DNA from: Parcubacteria group bacterium
GTDB lineage: Bacteria > Patescibacteriota > Minisyncoccia > Moranbacterales > GCA-2747515
DNA length: 64,000 nucleotides
Direction of reading: 5' to 3'
NCBI GenBank assembly: GCA_041660065.1
Contig: JBAZXC010000001.1
Location: forward strand, 200,535 to 264,534
Shown: one piece after another, positions 51,646 through 61,107 of the stretch
How positions within the stretch are numbered: position 1 is the first letter of the stretch
Layout: each line of letters begins with the position of its first letter
The notes under the pieces: model-generated
Databases searched by the model: none
What the model saw: only the letters and a program-made list of their open reading frames with translations
Told to the model about the DNA's origin: nothing
Position numbers and translations under genes: made by a program

Positions 51646-52560
51646 TCATTTTAAAGGGATCTGAATGCATACATCCGTCCCCAGACCGGCACCGCGACTT
51701 GATATAGTGATTGTCCCTCCACACACATTTTCAATGGCTTTTTTGCAATATGCAAGACCAATACCCGATCCGCAACGACCTTTTGTTGAAAATCCACAAT
51801 CAAACACATGCGGTAAAGTGTCTGCGGAAATTCCCACACCATTATCAATAACATCAATAGTGACTTGACCATCTTCTTCATAGACATTGATCCATACATA
51901 GGGATCCGTTATGCTTTCGCCAAGCGCATCAATCGAATTAATGATTGCGTTGAGCATGACGCGTGTATAGATTCCGGCGTTTTGTGAGACAACAACACGT
52001 GATTCTTCACATCGATCTCTTTGAAACCGGATATTTTGTTCAGATAGACCACGACTGCTACATGCACCCTTAAGCGCGCTGGAAATAATATCTTCGAAAT
52101 TTCTTACACATGCAACATCATTTGATGAATACATCCGCACAACAATGACCTGTCGGAGTATCTCAGCACAGGCCAACACATTATGCAGATCGTCCTGACT
52201 GAGTTTTCTTTTACATAACTTGTACATCTGATGCTGTCCGCTCAATCCAGTAATGGCATTGTTGATATCATGGATATCATATTTCGTAAAAATACCAATA
52301 TCCGGATCACACAACAAGCTAACCTGCTCAACAACTTTTCCGATGATCCCATACATTTCGTTGATCTTTTCTTTGCCCCTTTCCCCATGTGGCGTAAGAA
52401 GTTCTTGCGCCACCTTGGACATTCTTTCGATGCCCCACACCAGATAAGTCAACAGTGTGATTTTGTTGACAGGTTTTTCAGATGTGGATGATGTATCCTG
52501 AGCATCCTTTGCACTGCATGCCATACCAACCATTCTCGCAGAAATCAATGTCTCATCCAT
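51646..52560 (-). CDS. Soluble sensor histidine kinase
   Basis: H-box-like IHDINN, N-box NAIINSIDA, G1 DNGVGI, F-box VFDCGFSTK and G2 GSGIGL; no TM helix. Confidence 0.82.
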   Translation of the reverse strand: MDETLISARMVGMACSAKDAQDTSSTSEKPVNKITLLTYLVWGIERMSKVAQELLTPHGERGKEKINEMYGIIGKVVEQVSLLCDPDIGIFTKYDIHDINNAITGLSGQHQMYKLCKRKLSQDDLHNVLACAEILRQVIVVRMYSSNDVACVRNFEDIISSALKGACSSRGLSEQNIRFQRDRCEESRVVVSQNAGIYTRVMLNAIINSIDALGESITDPYVWINVYEEDGQVTIDVIDNGVGISADTLPHVFDCGFSTKGRCGSGIGLAYCKKAIENVCGGTITISSRGAGLGTDVCIQIPLK

Positions 52561-52664
52561 GCCAAATCCCCTCTCATAGCTATATTTTATTGTTAATATA
52601 CATTGACACATTTTCAGTTCATGTCATTTTGTCTCATAATGACTTATTACCTTAACACATCTTC

Positions 52665-52711
52665 ATAACAAAACCCGAACATCCAGATGAACTGTAGATT
52701 AACTTTTTTAG
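52665..52711 (-). promoter_or_regulatory. 47-bp upstream box, copy 1
   Basis: 43/47 identical to 53811-53857; contains an 11-bp-period direct repeat AGATGAAC/AGATTAAC. Confidence 0.75.
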
Positions 52712-52793
52712 CTAAAAATAAGTGGCTTCCCAAAAAGAAAACCACTCCGATGGATCATTACACATCAGAGTGGCAAATATTTTATTTTACATT

Positions 52794-53717
52794 TCAATTG
52801 ATCGTGGATTCCTCCCGAATACATATGACATTTTTGCGATGATTGTCCGAAGGAAACACTGTTGCGACAACGCCACGATTATTGCCGTAAAAGTTGACCA
52901 GCTCAATGAAGTCCTGACTTACATCATGCTGTCCGATCACATTGATCATTACTCGCTCATGTTCGATACTCGCCTTGATCCGGATTTCACTCTCCGCATC
53001 ATTATGCGTGCGTACCAAATTGATCAATACTCTTTTCAATACACACAGACAACCAGATGCGTTATGGATGGTGGCATTTTTATCACTTTCAAAAGTACAA
53101 TTGAAAGCAATATTATGCGCACCTACGAGCTTACCGGCTGATCTGACGGCCTCATCCACAACTTCTTGCAAGCCCATTGGTTCTTCAGCAACATTGATTT
53201 CATTTTGCAATCGCGACGTGCAATCTTTGATCGATTGCATCACAGCGCACAATCGTTTGGCCGTAATGCTCTTGAGGTCCGCGAGTTTCATGCCAAGAAC
53301 GCTTTCCAAATGCTCCTGTAAAAAAGCACTGACGCTGTCAACACCTTTTAAATAGACATTCAAAACATCCACACAGCAGAGTAGCCCGTTGTTTGTTCGC
53401 TTGAGCTTATCCACGATACTTTTTTTCCACAGGTCGCCCTTGTTGTCGATGCAAAAACTGAGCACGCGACTCGCAACATTTCGTGTCAGCAGATATAATC
53501 CGTTAACATCTCTCTTTGCTACAACATTGGCTTGCACATCTTTTCCAAAATTTGCAAGTCTTTTTTGAGCCGCGTTACCTACCTGGGACAATGCCCTGGA
53601 AAGCTCGCCTAATTTTTTGAAAAACTCGTTTTTGGATGACTTGTTGATGAGGTCTCCACGCTCAACACATACCCCATTCTCACACAAGCCGCTTTCAATC
53701 GCAGAAATCATTTTCAT
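52794..53717 (-). CDS. Degenerate histidine-kinase-like protein, probable paralog of the adjacent kinase
   Basis: SD AGAGGA and similar length; LKRVLINLV...IRIKASIEHERVMINV resembles the first half of HATPase but G boxes are absent. Confidence 0.55.
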   Translation of the reverse strand: MKMISAIESGLCENGVCVERGDLINKSSKNEFFKKLGELSRALSQVGNAAQKRLANFGKDVQANVVAKRDVNGLYLLTRNVASRVLSFCIDNKGDLWKKSIVDKLKRTNNGLLCCVDVLNVYLKGVDSVSAFLQEHLESVLGMKLADLKSITAKRLCAVMQSIKDCTSRLQNEINVAEEPMGLQEVVDEAVRSAGKLVGAHNIAFNCTFESDKNATIHNASGCLCVLKRVLINLVRTHNDAESEIRIKASIEHERVMINVIGQHDVSQDFIELVNFYGNNRGVVATVFPSDNHRKNVICIREESTIN

Positions 53718-53810
53718 GGCTATATCCTCTATACGTTTGATTGTTAAAAAACAATTTCTTTCTATTCCACCATACCTTATTATGATGATTTGATAGCCTA
53801 CCATACTCAG

Positions 53811-53857
53811 ATAACAAAACACGAACATCCAAATTAACTGTAGATAAACTTTTTTAG
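53811..53857 (-). promoter_or_regulatory. 47-bp upstream box, copy 2
   Basis: 43/47 identical to 52665-52711. Confidence 0.75.
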
Positions 53858-53967
53858 GGCTTTTTTGACAAAAAAAGCCCTTAAAAAAGGCTTTGAAAAT
53901 AATCATGTTTTGAATAGTCTTTGCTGCTTTTTTACACAATCCTCCAACGATTACTCTTTGATCATAC

Positions 53968-55413
53968 TCAATCAAACATCCACCCAAAGAGACTGAATTC
54001 TTTTTGTTGCTGCGTACAAAATCCATCAATAACATCCCGTTTTTCCAAAAGATCATCCAATTGTTGCTGTAAAACACGTTTTTTTGTTTGATCAGTCATA
54101 TCGACAATTGCTTTTTGTACCGATGCGGATCCTTGCTCATACACAGTTGCACGTTCTGCAATGGCAGAAATATCTTTTACGTGCGGTCCGATCAAAAACA
54201 ACACAAAAGCATTGCGTTCTTGGGCATGTGCGACCGACGTCATATCCGCGTCATATGCCGTCTGCATTGCCGTAATAGCTGCTTGTGCATTGGTTTGCAA
54301 CTCCGTATCTTTTTGCAATAGTTCACGATTTTTCTCTTGCTCTTCCATGTCAATGGTATGCTGTTTTTCCTCATCTGCCAGCTCTTGCTTTGTTTTGATC
54401 TGTTGTTTTTGTTCTGCTAATTTTCTTGCAGCCTCTTCTTTTTGCATTTGCTCTGCCGCTATTTTTTGTGCATGCGTCATGCTCGCATCGGAAATTGTTG
54501 ATGCAGATAATGAACATTCCGGCGCAAAATTTCCATTTTTATTTCCTGACAATTTGTTAGATGACATATTGAGCGAGGCTTCCCAAAATTCTGCTCCTGG
54601 ATTTCCTCCGCTTGGCACCTGACAATTCATGCCGTATTTAGCGTTGTCCGTAATTGTATTGTTTTTGATCTTGACTGCACCGGATCTCCCCGTGCCTTTA
54701 TAATATTGTGCCGTAATACCGCTTGCCTTATTTTTTTTGATTTTATTATCACTGATCGTCAAATCAGCTTTGCCCAAGATCACTTCAATACCGCTTTCGC
54801 CGTTACTAAAAATCTCATTGTCTGTAATTGACCCGGCGACATTTGATCGCACGTCAATTCCTTCTTCATCATTATCATAAATCTCACAACCGGTCACCGC
54901 AACCGTAATGCCTGATTGCAAATACATACCCTTATTGCCAGCATGGATATCTGTGTCACGTACCGTCACTTTTCCGCTTCCCGCAACCGTGGCAATGCCC
55001 ACATCTGCGCCGACAATTGCGCTGTCCTCAATCTCTATGCTTGCATCATTATCCACGTCAATGCCATTTTTTCCAGATACTGTTACACCGGACAGCGTAG
55101 CACCATCTTTCAGTGTCACGGATCCTGTGATCGTGACACTGTCACGACTTTTCCCCTCTACACTCACATCCTCACCGATCACGATATTATCACTATATTC
55201 TCCCGCAGAGACAATGATCCGATCACAATCCTTATCCAATGCTTTATCAATATTCTGATAGGGATCATCATCACTGCCATCGCCACCACTATCTGCACTT
55301 TCATCAACATAACACTTATCGGATGCGTACACAAAAACAGGATCTCCTGCAAAGATCGATCCGAAAAACACAAAAAAAATCATCAAAAGTAAAAATAGGA
55401 TTTTTTGTTTCAT
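53968..55413 (-). CDS. Secreted right-handed beta-helix (pectin lyase-like) protein with C-terminal coiled coil
   Basis: Signal peptide; YVD...GDGS..DPYQNI..AL and repeated IxxNxxxGI motifs. Confidence 0.82.
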   Translation of the reverse strand: MKQKILFLLLMIFFVFFGSIFAGDPVFVYASDKCYVDESADSGGDGSDDDPYQNIDKALDKDCDRIIVSAGEYSDNIVIGEDVSVEGKSRDSVTITGSVTLKDGATLSGVTVSGKNGIDVDNDASIEIEDSAIVGADVGIATVAGSGKVTVRDTDIHAGNKGMYLQSGITVAVTGCEIYDNDEEGIDVRSNVAGSITDNEIFSNGESGIEVILGKADLTISDNKIKKNKASGITAQYYKGTGRSGAVKIKNNTITDNAKYGMNCQVPSGGNPGAEFWEASLNMSSNKLSGNKNGNFAPECSLSASTISDASMTHAQKIAAEQMQKEEAARKLAEQKQQIKTKQELADEEKQHTIDMEEQEKNRELLQKDTELQTNAQAAITAMQTAYDADMTSVAHAQERNAFVLFLIGPHVKDISAIAERATVYEQGSASVQKAIVDMTDQTKKRVLQQQLDDLLEKRDVIDGFCTQQQKEFSLFGWMFD

Positions 55414-55433
55414 GAAGAAATTATAGCAAAGAC

Positions 55434-56447
55434 TTATATGTCTTGCAATTGTGCCTTGACCATTATGCGTCGTGCGTTTGTGCCAAGTGGCCAACACGTC
55501 GTCAATGTTAATTCTTGTGATCGTGATTGTGCAAAGATCCGTGCATCATCCGAAGAAACTTCTTCTTTGAGCGACACAATATAGTCATAGGAGATCTTTT
55601 TGCCATTTACAAATGCCATCGTTACCGTGATCTTATCTCCTGGCGCAAGATCATTCAATCCTTTGAAAACATAATTATACGCACCACCTGACCATGCATA
55701 ATTACTGCTATGTCCCGCGATATAGGCATTGCCACGTTGTCCCGGAAGCGCCGTGCCAGGATAATGTACAACACCGTTTTCAAGATCTTTTTGCAGGGCG
55801 CCTTCATCCGTGCTTGCAGAGAGTACAACCGGTGCTTCCACATCAATTTTGTCGATTGCGATCATAAAAGTGATTTGCGCTTTTCCTGGCGCGACAGGAT
55901 CATAGCCATTGGCAATTTCACGTCCATCCGTATAGCCATCGCCATCCGTGTCGGCTTTTTTTGGATCAGTACCAAAAATATATTCATCATAATACGTCAG
56001 TCCATCATTATCAGGATCATCATCACCGTCGTCAACGACACGTCCGATCATTTCAATCTCCCATTTGTCAGGAATGTGATTATTATTTACATCCAGCACG
56101 CCCTCTCCGCTTGGAGAGTAACCATTCTTCACTTCACGTCCATCCGTATACCCATCACCATCCGTATCAGCATTTTTTGGATCGGTGTTATATGTATATT
56201 CATCAAGCAGCGTCAATCCATCATGATCTTGATCCAATTTGAGATCGATCTCATTTTTTACAACAACATTATATTTTTTCATCCACGCTTGTGCAATACC
56301 AAAATCTCTCTTAGTCGCAACGTCTTCCTCGGCGACATAAGCGATTTTGCGTGAACTATATGCGTTCATACCGCCGGAAATCACAAAATACACGATAAAA
56401 AACGTGATAACAAATGCCCCAATTGTCGATAAAATTCGCATATTCAT
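55434..56447 (-). CDS. Sortase (class D/E-like) with N-terminal DxDxDG Ca-binding repeats
   Basis: IAGHSS, LTLTTCWP and downstream R catalytic triad; duplicated DPKxADTDGDGYTDGRE; promoter TTGACA-17-TATAAT at 56477-56505 on the minus strand. Confidence 0.93.
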   Translation of the reverse strand: MNMRILSTIGAFVITFFIVYFVISGGMNAYSSRKIAYVAEEDVATKRDFGIAQAWMKKYNVVVKNEIDLKLDQDHDGLTLLDEYTYNTDPKNADTDGDGYTDGREVKNGYSPSGEGVLDVNNNHIPDKWEIEMIGRVVDDGDDDPDNDGLTYYDEYIFGTDPKKADTDGDGYTDGREIANGYDPVAPGKAQITFMIAIDKIDVEAPVVLSASTDEGALQKDLENGVVHYPGTALPGQRGNAYIAGHSSNYAWSGGAYNYVFKGLNDLAPGDKITVTMAFVNGKKISYDYIVSLKEEVSSDDARIFAQSRSQELTLTTCWPLGTNARRIMVKAQLQDI

Positions 56448-56575
56448 TTTTTTACGTGATCAGATACTGATTTTTAATTATAACATTTTTTATTAGTTTT
56501 GTCAACGGATTGTTTTTTAACATGATACATGCTAAACGACAAAAAAAATTAGTGACCCGGAAAATTACCAGGCCA

Positions 56576-57127
56576 CTATTCATCTTTTTTCCTTCGAAGC
56601 AACTTCTTTTTCAGTATAATTGCTTCCTGGGCTGTCTTTGGAGCGAGTTCTGTTATCTTACAAACGGCCTGCATCAACAGGATCGTCTCTCGAAACTCTT
56701 CCTCGGAAAAGTTACTCAGGATTTCCGCAATATCCACTTCAGTGCAAACATTGAAATATTCTGATATGGCACACTTTCGGGAACAATACCCATGAGCTGT
56801 AGCGGCATTCTCATCCTGCAACGCTATCATATACACATATTTGCACTTATGACGACGGTCGCAAGCAAAGCAATTCCGTTGTTCCCTCTTGTCCTTTTTG
56901 TCGCATGCAGAAAATTCAGGACACTCTTCACAATGACAGCGCTTCTTTCCGCCGATGCTCTCTATCGGTATCAAAACGTGACGATTCCCGCATCGAAGCA
57001 CATCGTCGCATGCTAGACATCGTTTTTGGATCACACCACCGTCTTTTGTTAACAAGGTGCATCCATAGATGCAATCGCATCTGATGCATCGCGAAACGAG
57101 GACGTGCCTTCTAACTTTTCCGCTCAT
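56576..57127 (-). CDS. Cys-rich hypothetical protein with multiple CxxC motifs
   Basis: SD GGAGGTGA before ATG 57127; perfect minus-strand promoter at 57187-57215. Confidence 0.7.
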   Translation of the reverse strand: MSGKVRRHVLVSRCIRCDCIYGCTLLTKDGGVIQKRCLACDDVLRCGNRHVLIPIESIGGKKRCHCEECPEFSACDKKDKREQRNCFACDRRHKCKYVYMIALQDENAATAHGYCSRKCAISEYFNVCTEVDIAEILSNFSEEEFRETILLMQAVCKITELAPKTAQEAIILKKKLLRRKKDE

Positions 57128-57373
57128 TGGCCTCACCTCCAGTTGTTAAAGTTTTAACCCATAATAACAAAGTACTCTGTGGCAAGATTATAGATGATAA
57201 CTGCATTTTTGTCAAGTCAAAAAGGCAATGTCCAAAAAAAGAGCTGAGTACAAGAATTCAACACAATCCCTGATTTAAGATAGAATGGATTAATGAATAT
57301 GCATCCAAAAAACACCTCACAATCACAATGTTGCAGGGTGCTTTAAAAGTGATTTTTCTCGATTCATCCTCAT

Positions 57374-57547
57374 TTATTGCTGATCACTGTTTTGATCAAA
57401 AAACGGCGATGGTTCAGCGGATTGTTCCGATTGTGCATCTTGTGTATCACCATGATCTTCAATCGTTTCTTGCTCTTGCGGTTCAGCAGGAACGTCCTGC
57501 ATTTCTATATGATCATCTCTGCCAAATAACCGAGAAAAAAATCCCAT
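57374..57547 (-). CDS. Small acidic protein with N-terminal amphipathic motif (below the ORF-track cutoff)
   Basis: Manual translation MGFFSRLFGRDDHIEMQDVPAEPQEQE...NSDQQ*, 57 aa, directly downstream of cls. Confidence 0.65.
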   Translation of the reverse strand: MGFFSRLFGRDDHIEMQDVPAEPQEQETIEDHGDTQDAQSEQSAEPSPFFDQNSDQQ

Positions 57548-57590
57548 ATGTCTTTATCATTAATTTTTTACAAGAGTATTATACCACAAC

Positions 57591-59078
57591 TTACAAAAGT
57601 GGCGATAAGAGACGCACGATCGAATTACGCAGTCTGATAAAAAAATTCTTTTTTTTATGATCACCAAAAGTAAACCGACTACACATGATTAAATCATCTT
57701 TGAAGTCCTTTTCCATTTTTTGTGTAACATCACGATCAAAGATCACAACATTATTTTCATAAGAAAGTCGCAGGCTGCGAATATCCATATTGGTCGTACC
57801 GATCGAGCATACACACGAATCCACCATAACGGTCTTTGCGTGAAGAAATCCCGCATTGTAGTGATAGATTTTCACGCCGGCGAGAAGCAGTTCTTCAAAA
57901 TATGTAAACGCCGCCCAATAAGGGATGCTTTTATCCACAACGCCCGTGATCATCAGCCGCACATCCGCACCGGAAAGTGCCACGATCTTCATCGCCTCAA
58001 AGAGATTGTCATCAGGGATGAAATACGGCGTTTGAATATACACATGATCTTGTGCCGACAAAATCATCGTAAACAATGACTGTTTGATCGGTTGCCAATA
58101 TGAATGTGGCTCTGAGGAAATGATTTGAATTGGCAGATCACCATATACCCTACCAACATGCAGAGGAAAATATTTTTCTTTGAATACGGATTCTTTTTGT
58201 GCCTCTTCCCAATTGATCGCAAAGGCTGCCTGCAATGATAATACTGTTTCCCCATAAATACGCATATGCGTATCACGCCACGAGGGATATCTTTTGCCTC
58301 CTGTGATGTATTCTTGTCCCATATTCATTCCGCCCGTATAACCGATCACGCCATCGATCACAACGATCTTTCGGTGCAAAAAATAATTGATCGTTGTGAT
58401 CTTGAGTGGTGATAGCGTGTTGTAAAACGGCACAACACGCACACCTGCTTTACGCATACGACGGAAATGTCCTCTTTGAAAGAAATTTGTAAAAAAAGAT
58501 CCAATGGGATCAAAAATGATACGCACTTCTACACCTTCTTTTGCCTTTGCGATCAAAATGTCACTTATTTCTTGCGTCAGAGGATCCTTGCGCCAGATAA
58601 AATATTCCATGTGAATGAATTCCTGTGCGTTTCGCAGATCATTTTTGAGCGCATCAAATTTTTCTTCACCAGATTGAAAGATCGTAATTGCATTATTGAC
58701 TGTGAGCAACGCATCGGAATTATTTTGCGAGATCTGCAACATACGCTCGATGTCAACAGAAAAACCACATTCTTTGACACTTTGAAAATACTCATTTTGT
58801 CGCGCACGGATCCCTTCCAAAAATTTTTCTGATTTTTCTCGCAATTCTTTGATCCGATTTTTTTTCTGTGTATTGTGCACTTTCCAATTGCGTCCAAAAA
58901 AAATGTAAAGGAAAAGACCGATAATAGGAAAAAGCAAGAATATAAGGATCCACGCAAGCGTTGAGCTTGTATCCCGGTTTTCCATAATGATAAAGATCAT
59001 CACGACAGAAAGATAGACATAGATCAACAGAAACGCAAAAGCGGAAAAATCTTCTGCATGTGAGATAAGACTGTACAT
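57591..59078 (-). CDS. cls: Cardiolipin synthase
   Basis: N-terminal TM PLDc_N region; two HKD motifs, HRKIVVIDG and HAKTVMVD. Confidence 0.95.
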   Translation of the reverse strand: MYSLISHAEDFSAFAFLLIYVYLSVVMIFIIMENRDTSSTLAWILIFLLFPIIGLFLYIFFGRNWKVHNTQKKNRIKELREKSEKFLEGIRARQNEYFQSVKECGFSVDIERMLQISQNNSDALLTVNNAITIFQSGEEKFDALKNDLRNAQEFIHMEYFIWRKDPLTQEISDILIAKAKEGVEVRIIFDPIGSFFTNFFQRGHFRRMRKAGVRVVPFYNTLSPLKITTINYFLHRKIVVIDGVIGYTGGMNMGQEYITGGKRYPSWRDTHMRIYGETVLSLQAAFAINWEEAQKESVFKEKYFPLHVGRVYGDLPIQIISSEPHSYWQPIKQSLFTMILSAQDHVYIQTPYFIPDDNLFEAMKIVALSGADVRLMITGVVDKSIPYWAAFTYFEELLLAGVKIYHYNAGFLHAKTVMVDSCVCSIGTTNMDIRSLRLSYENNVVIFDRDVTQKMEKDFKDDLIMCSRFTFGDHKKKNFFIRLRNSIVRLLSPLL

Positions 59079-59196
59079 GATCTTTGATTGATTATTCTTA
59101 AACTATTTGCATCATAACTCACTTTTTGCATTCTGTCACGAAACAAAAACTGCCCTATTGTGTGGGCAGTTTTGAGAAAAAACAATAAGGATGTCC

Positions 59197-59721
59197 CTAT
59201 GACTCATCCATACATCGCGCTTTTTGCATCAATTCCGGTGCGCAATATTTCTTTGCACAACTAAGTTTCCCATCATCGCTCACTGTACATGTATTACATC
59301 CGTCAAACCATGTCTTGCATCCCGGCATGACAGCATTTCCATTGCCATCTGTGATCACAGGCTCGTCTGCCGTCATATTTTGTTGTGTACATATGATATT
59401 TTTGCCATCGGACTCCATCATGAGAGTGGCTTCTCCTTGGTGTGTCCAAAACGTTACCACGCCATCGGAATACTTTGCACCGGATGCCGACATAACCAAT
59501 GGAAGGATCACGTTTTCATGCACTTTGCCTGTAAAAAAGAGTTGTGCTGTTTGAGGCTCCACAGCATTATTGAAGTCAACTTTTACCTCCTGACTCTGAC
59601 AATTATAGATCACTGCCATATCACTTGGTTCGCTCGTCACTTGTTCTTTTGTTGTATCCTTTTGTACGCTGCAACCAGCGAGAAGGATCACTGCGCCCAT
59701 TATCCAAAAAATCTTTTTCAT
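59197..59721 (-). CDS. MliC-family lysozyme inhibitor lipoprotein with Cys-rich C-terminal domain
   Basis: Lipobox LAGC; YNC...SASGAKY...FWTHQGEA...C; CKTWFDGCNTC. Confidence 0.85.
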   Translation of the reverse strand: MKKIFWIMGAVILLAGCSVQKDTTKEQVTSEPSDMAVIYNCQSQEVKVDFNNAVEPQTAQLFFTGKVHENVILPLVMSASGAKYSDGVVTFWTHQGEATLMMESDGKNIICTQQNMTADEPVITDGNGNAVMPGCKTWFDGCNTCTVSDDGKLSCAKKYCAPELMQKARCMDES

Positions 59722-59836
59722 ACCGTCTTGTCATGTAAATAATTATCCTCACACCCCCGTACCGTTCATGATAGATGAGCCTACTAAAAAATCAAGCGAG
59801 TTATCCACAGATGACATTTTGTGCTAAAATTCGACT

Positions 59837-61105
59837 ATGCATAAAAATAACGATCAGTATGATGTCATCGTAATCGGTGGCGGACCATCTGGCATGATGT
59901 GTGCCGGACGCGCAGCACAATTAGGTGCACGCGTTTTGCTCGTGGAAAAAAACGCCACACTCGGCAACAAACTCCTCTTGACCGGTGGTGGCCGATGCAA
60001 TATCACCAATGCAATCTTTGATACTACTGCCTTTCTCAATAATTTTTCTGAAAACAAGAAATATCTTCATTCCCCATTTGCACAGTTTGGCGTACAAGAT
60101 ACATTTGATTTTTTTGCCGCACATGATCTGCCACTTGTCGTAGAAGCACGCAATCGCGCCTTCCCCAAAACACAGCGAGCACAGGACGTTTTGACTGTTC
60201 TAATTGATTATATGAAAAAAGGCGGCGTCACAATACACACCAATACACGCATCACGTCTCTCCATCATGAAAATCAAACGATCATTTCTCTACGCGATCA
60301 CAGCAACAAAGAATACTTTGCAAAAAGATTTGTGATCGCGACCGGCGGGCTTGCCGCACCGGAAACAGGGTCAACGGGAGATGGCATGACATTTCTCAAC
60401 GCACTCGGACACACAACACAAAAATCCAATCCCAATCTCGTACCACTCAAAACTCCATCAAAATGGATTCATAACCTTTCCGGCATTTCGTGGTCATTTA
60501 TGAAAATCCGTTTTATCCAAAACGGCAAAACATGTATCCGCAAAACAGGAAAAATCCTTTTTACACACTTTGGCATATCGGGGCCGTTAGTGATCAATAG
60601 CGCATATGAGGTCAAGAAATTGCTCGAAAAAGGTCCTGTGGAGGCCGTGATCGATCTTTTCCCCGATACAGAAGAATCTGAGTTGGATCGCAAAATACTC
60701 AAACTCCTCACACAAAATGGAGACAAAAAATTAAAGAACATCCTCCCTGATATGATCTTTAAAAAAATCGCCCATGAAATTCTCGACCTCCCGCACGTGC
60801 AATTGTCTGAAAAATTCGCAAAAGACATCACACGTGAGGAAAGAAAAAACCTCGTTCACACGATCAAAAATCTCACCTTTCCCATCACTGGCACGTGTGG
60901 CATGGACAAGGCGATCGTTGCTGATGGCGGCGTCGTGCCTTCGGAAATCGATTTTACCACAATGACATCTCGCCTCTATCCCAACCTGTCAATCCTTGGT
61001 GATGTGATCAACATCAATCGTCCGTCCGGTGGCTTTTCACTACAGTTATGCTGGACAACCGGTTTTGTCGCCGGGACACATATTGCATCCTCACTCAAAA
61101 AATAA
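59837..61105 (+). CDS. HI0933/YhiN-family flavoprotein
   Basis: IGGGPSG, GNKLLLTGGGRCNITN, ATGG...GSTGDG, LFTHFGISGP and GGFSLQ motifs. Confidence 0.94.
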   Translation: MHKNNDQYDVIVIGGGPSGMMCAGRAAQLGARVLLVEKNATLGNKLLLTGGGRCNITNAIFDTTAFLNNFSENKKYLHSPFAQFGVQDTFDFFAAHDLPLVVEARNRAFPKTQRAQDVLTVLIDYMKKGGVTIHTNTRITSLHHENQTIISLRDHSNKEYFAKRFVIATGGLAAPETGSTGDGMTFLNALGHTTQKSNPNLVPLKTPSKWIHNLSGISWSFMKIRFIQNGKTCIRKTGKILFTHFGISGPLVINSAYEVKKLLEKGPVEAVIDLFPDTEESELDRKILKLLTQNGDKKLKNILPDMIFKKIAHEILDLPHVQLSEKFAKDITREERKNLVHTIKNLTFPITGTCGMDKAIVADGGVVPSEIDFTTMTSRLYPNLSILGDVININRPSGGFSLQLCWTTGFVAGTHIASSLKK

Positions 61106-61107
61106 CT

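Noticed and set aside
52794-54077. 427-aa version of the ORF from the track
   Set aside because: The extension overlaps the upstream gene end and the regulatory box; an SD-led ATG at 53717 is more plausible.
57328-57660. 110-aa + strand ORF
   Set aside because: It is the antisense shadow of the 57-aa minus-strand gene and the end of cls.
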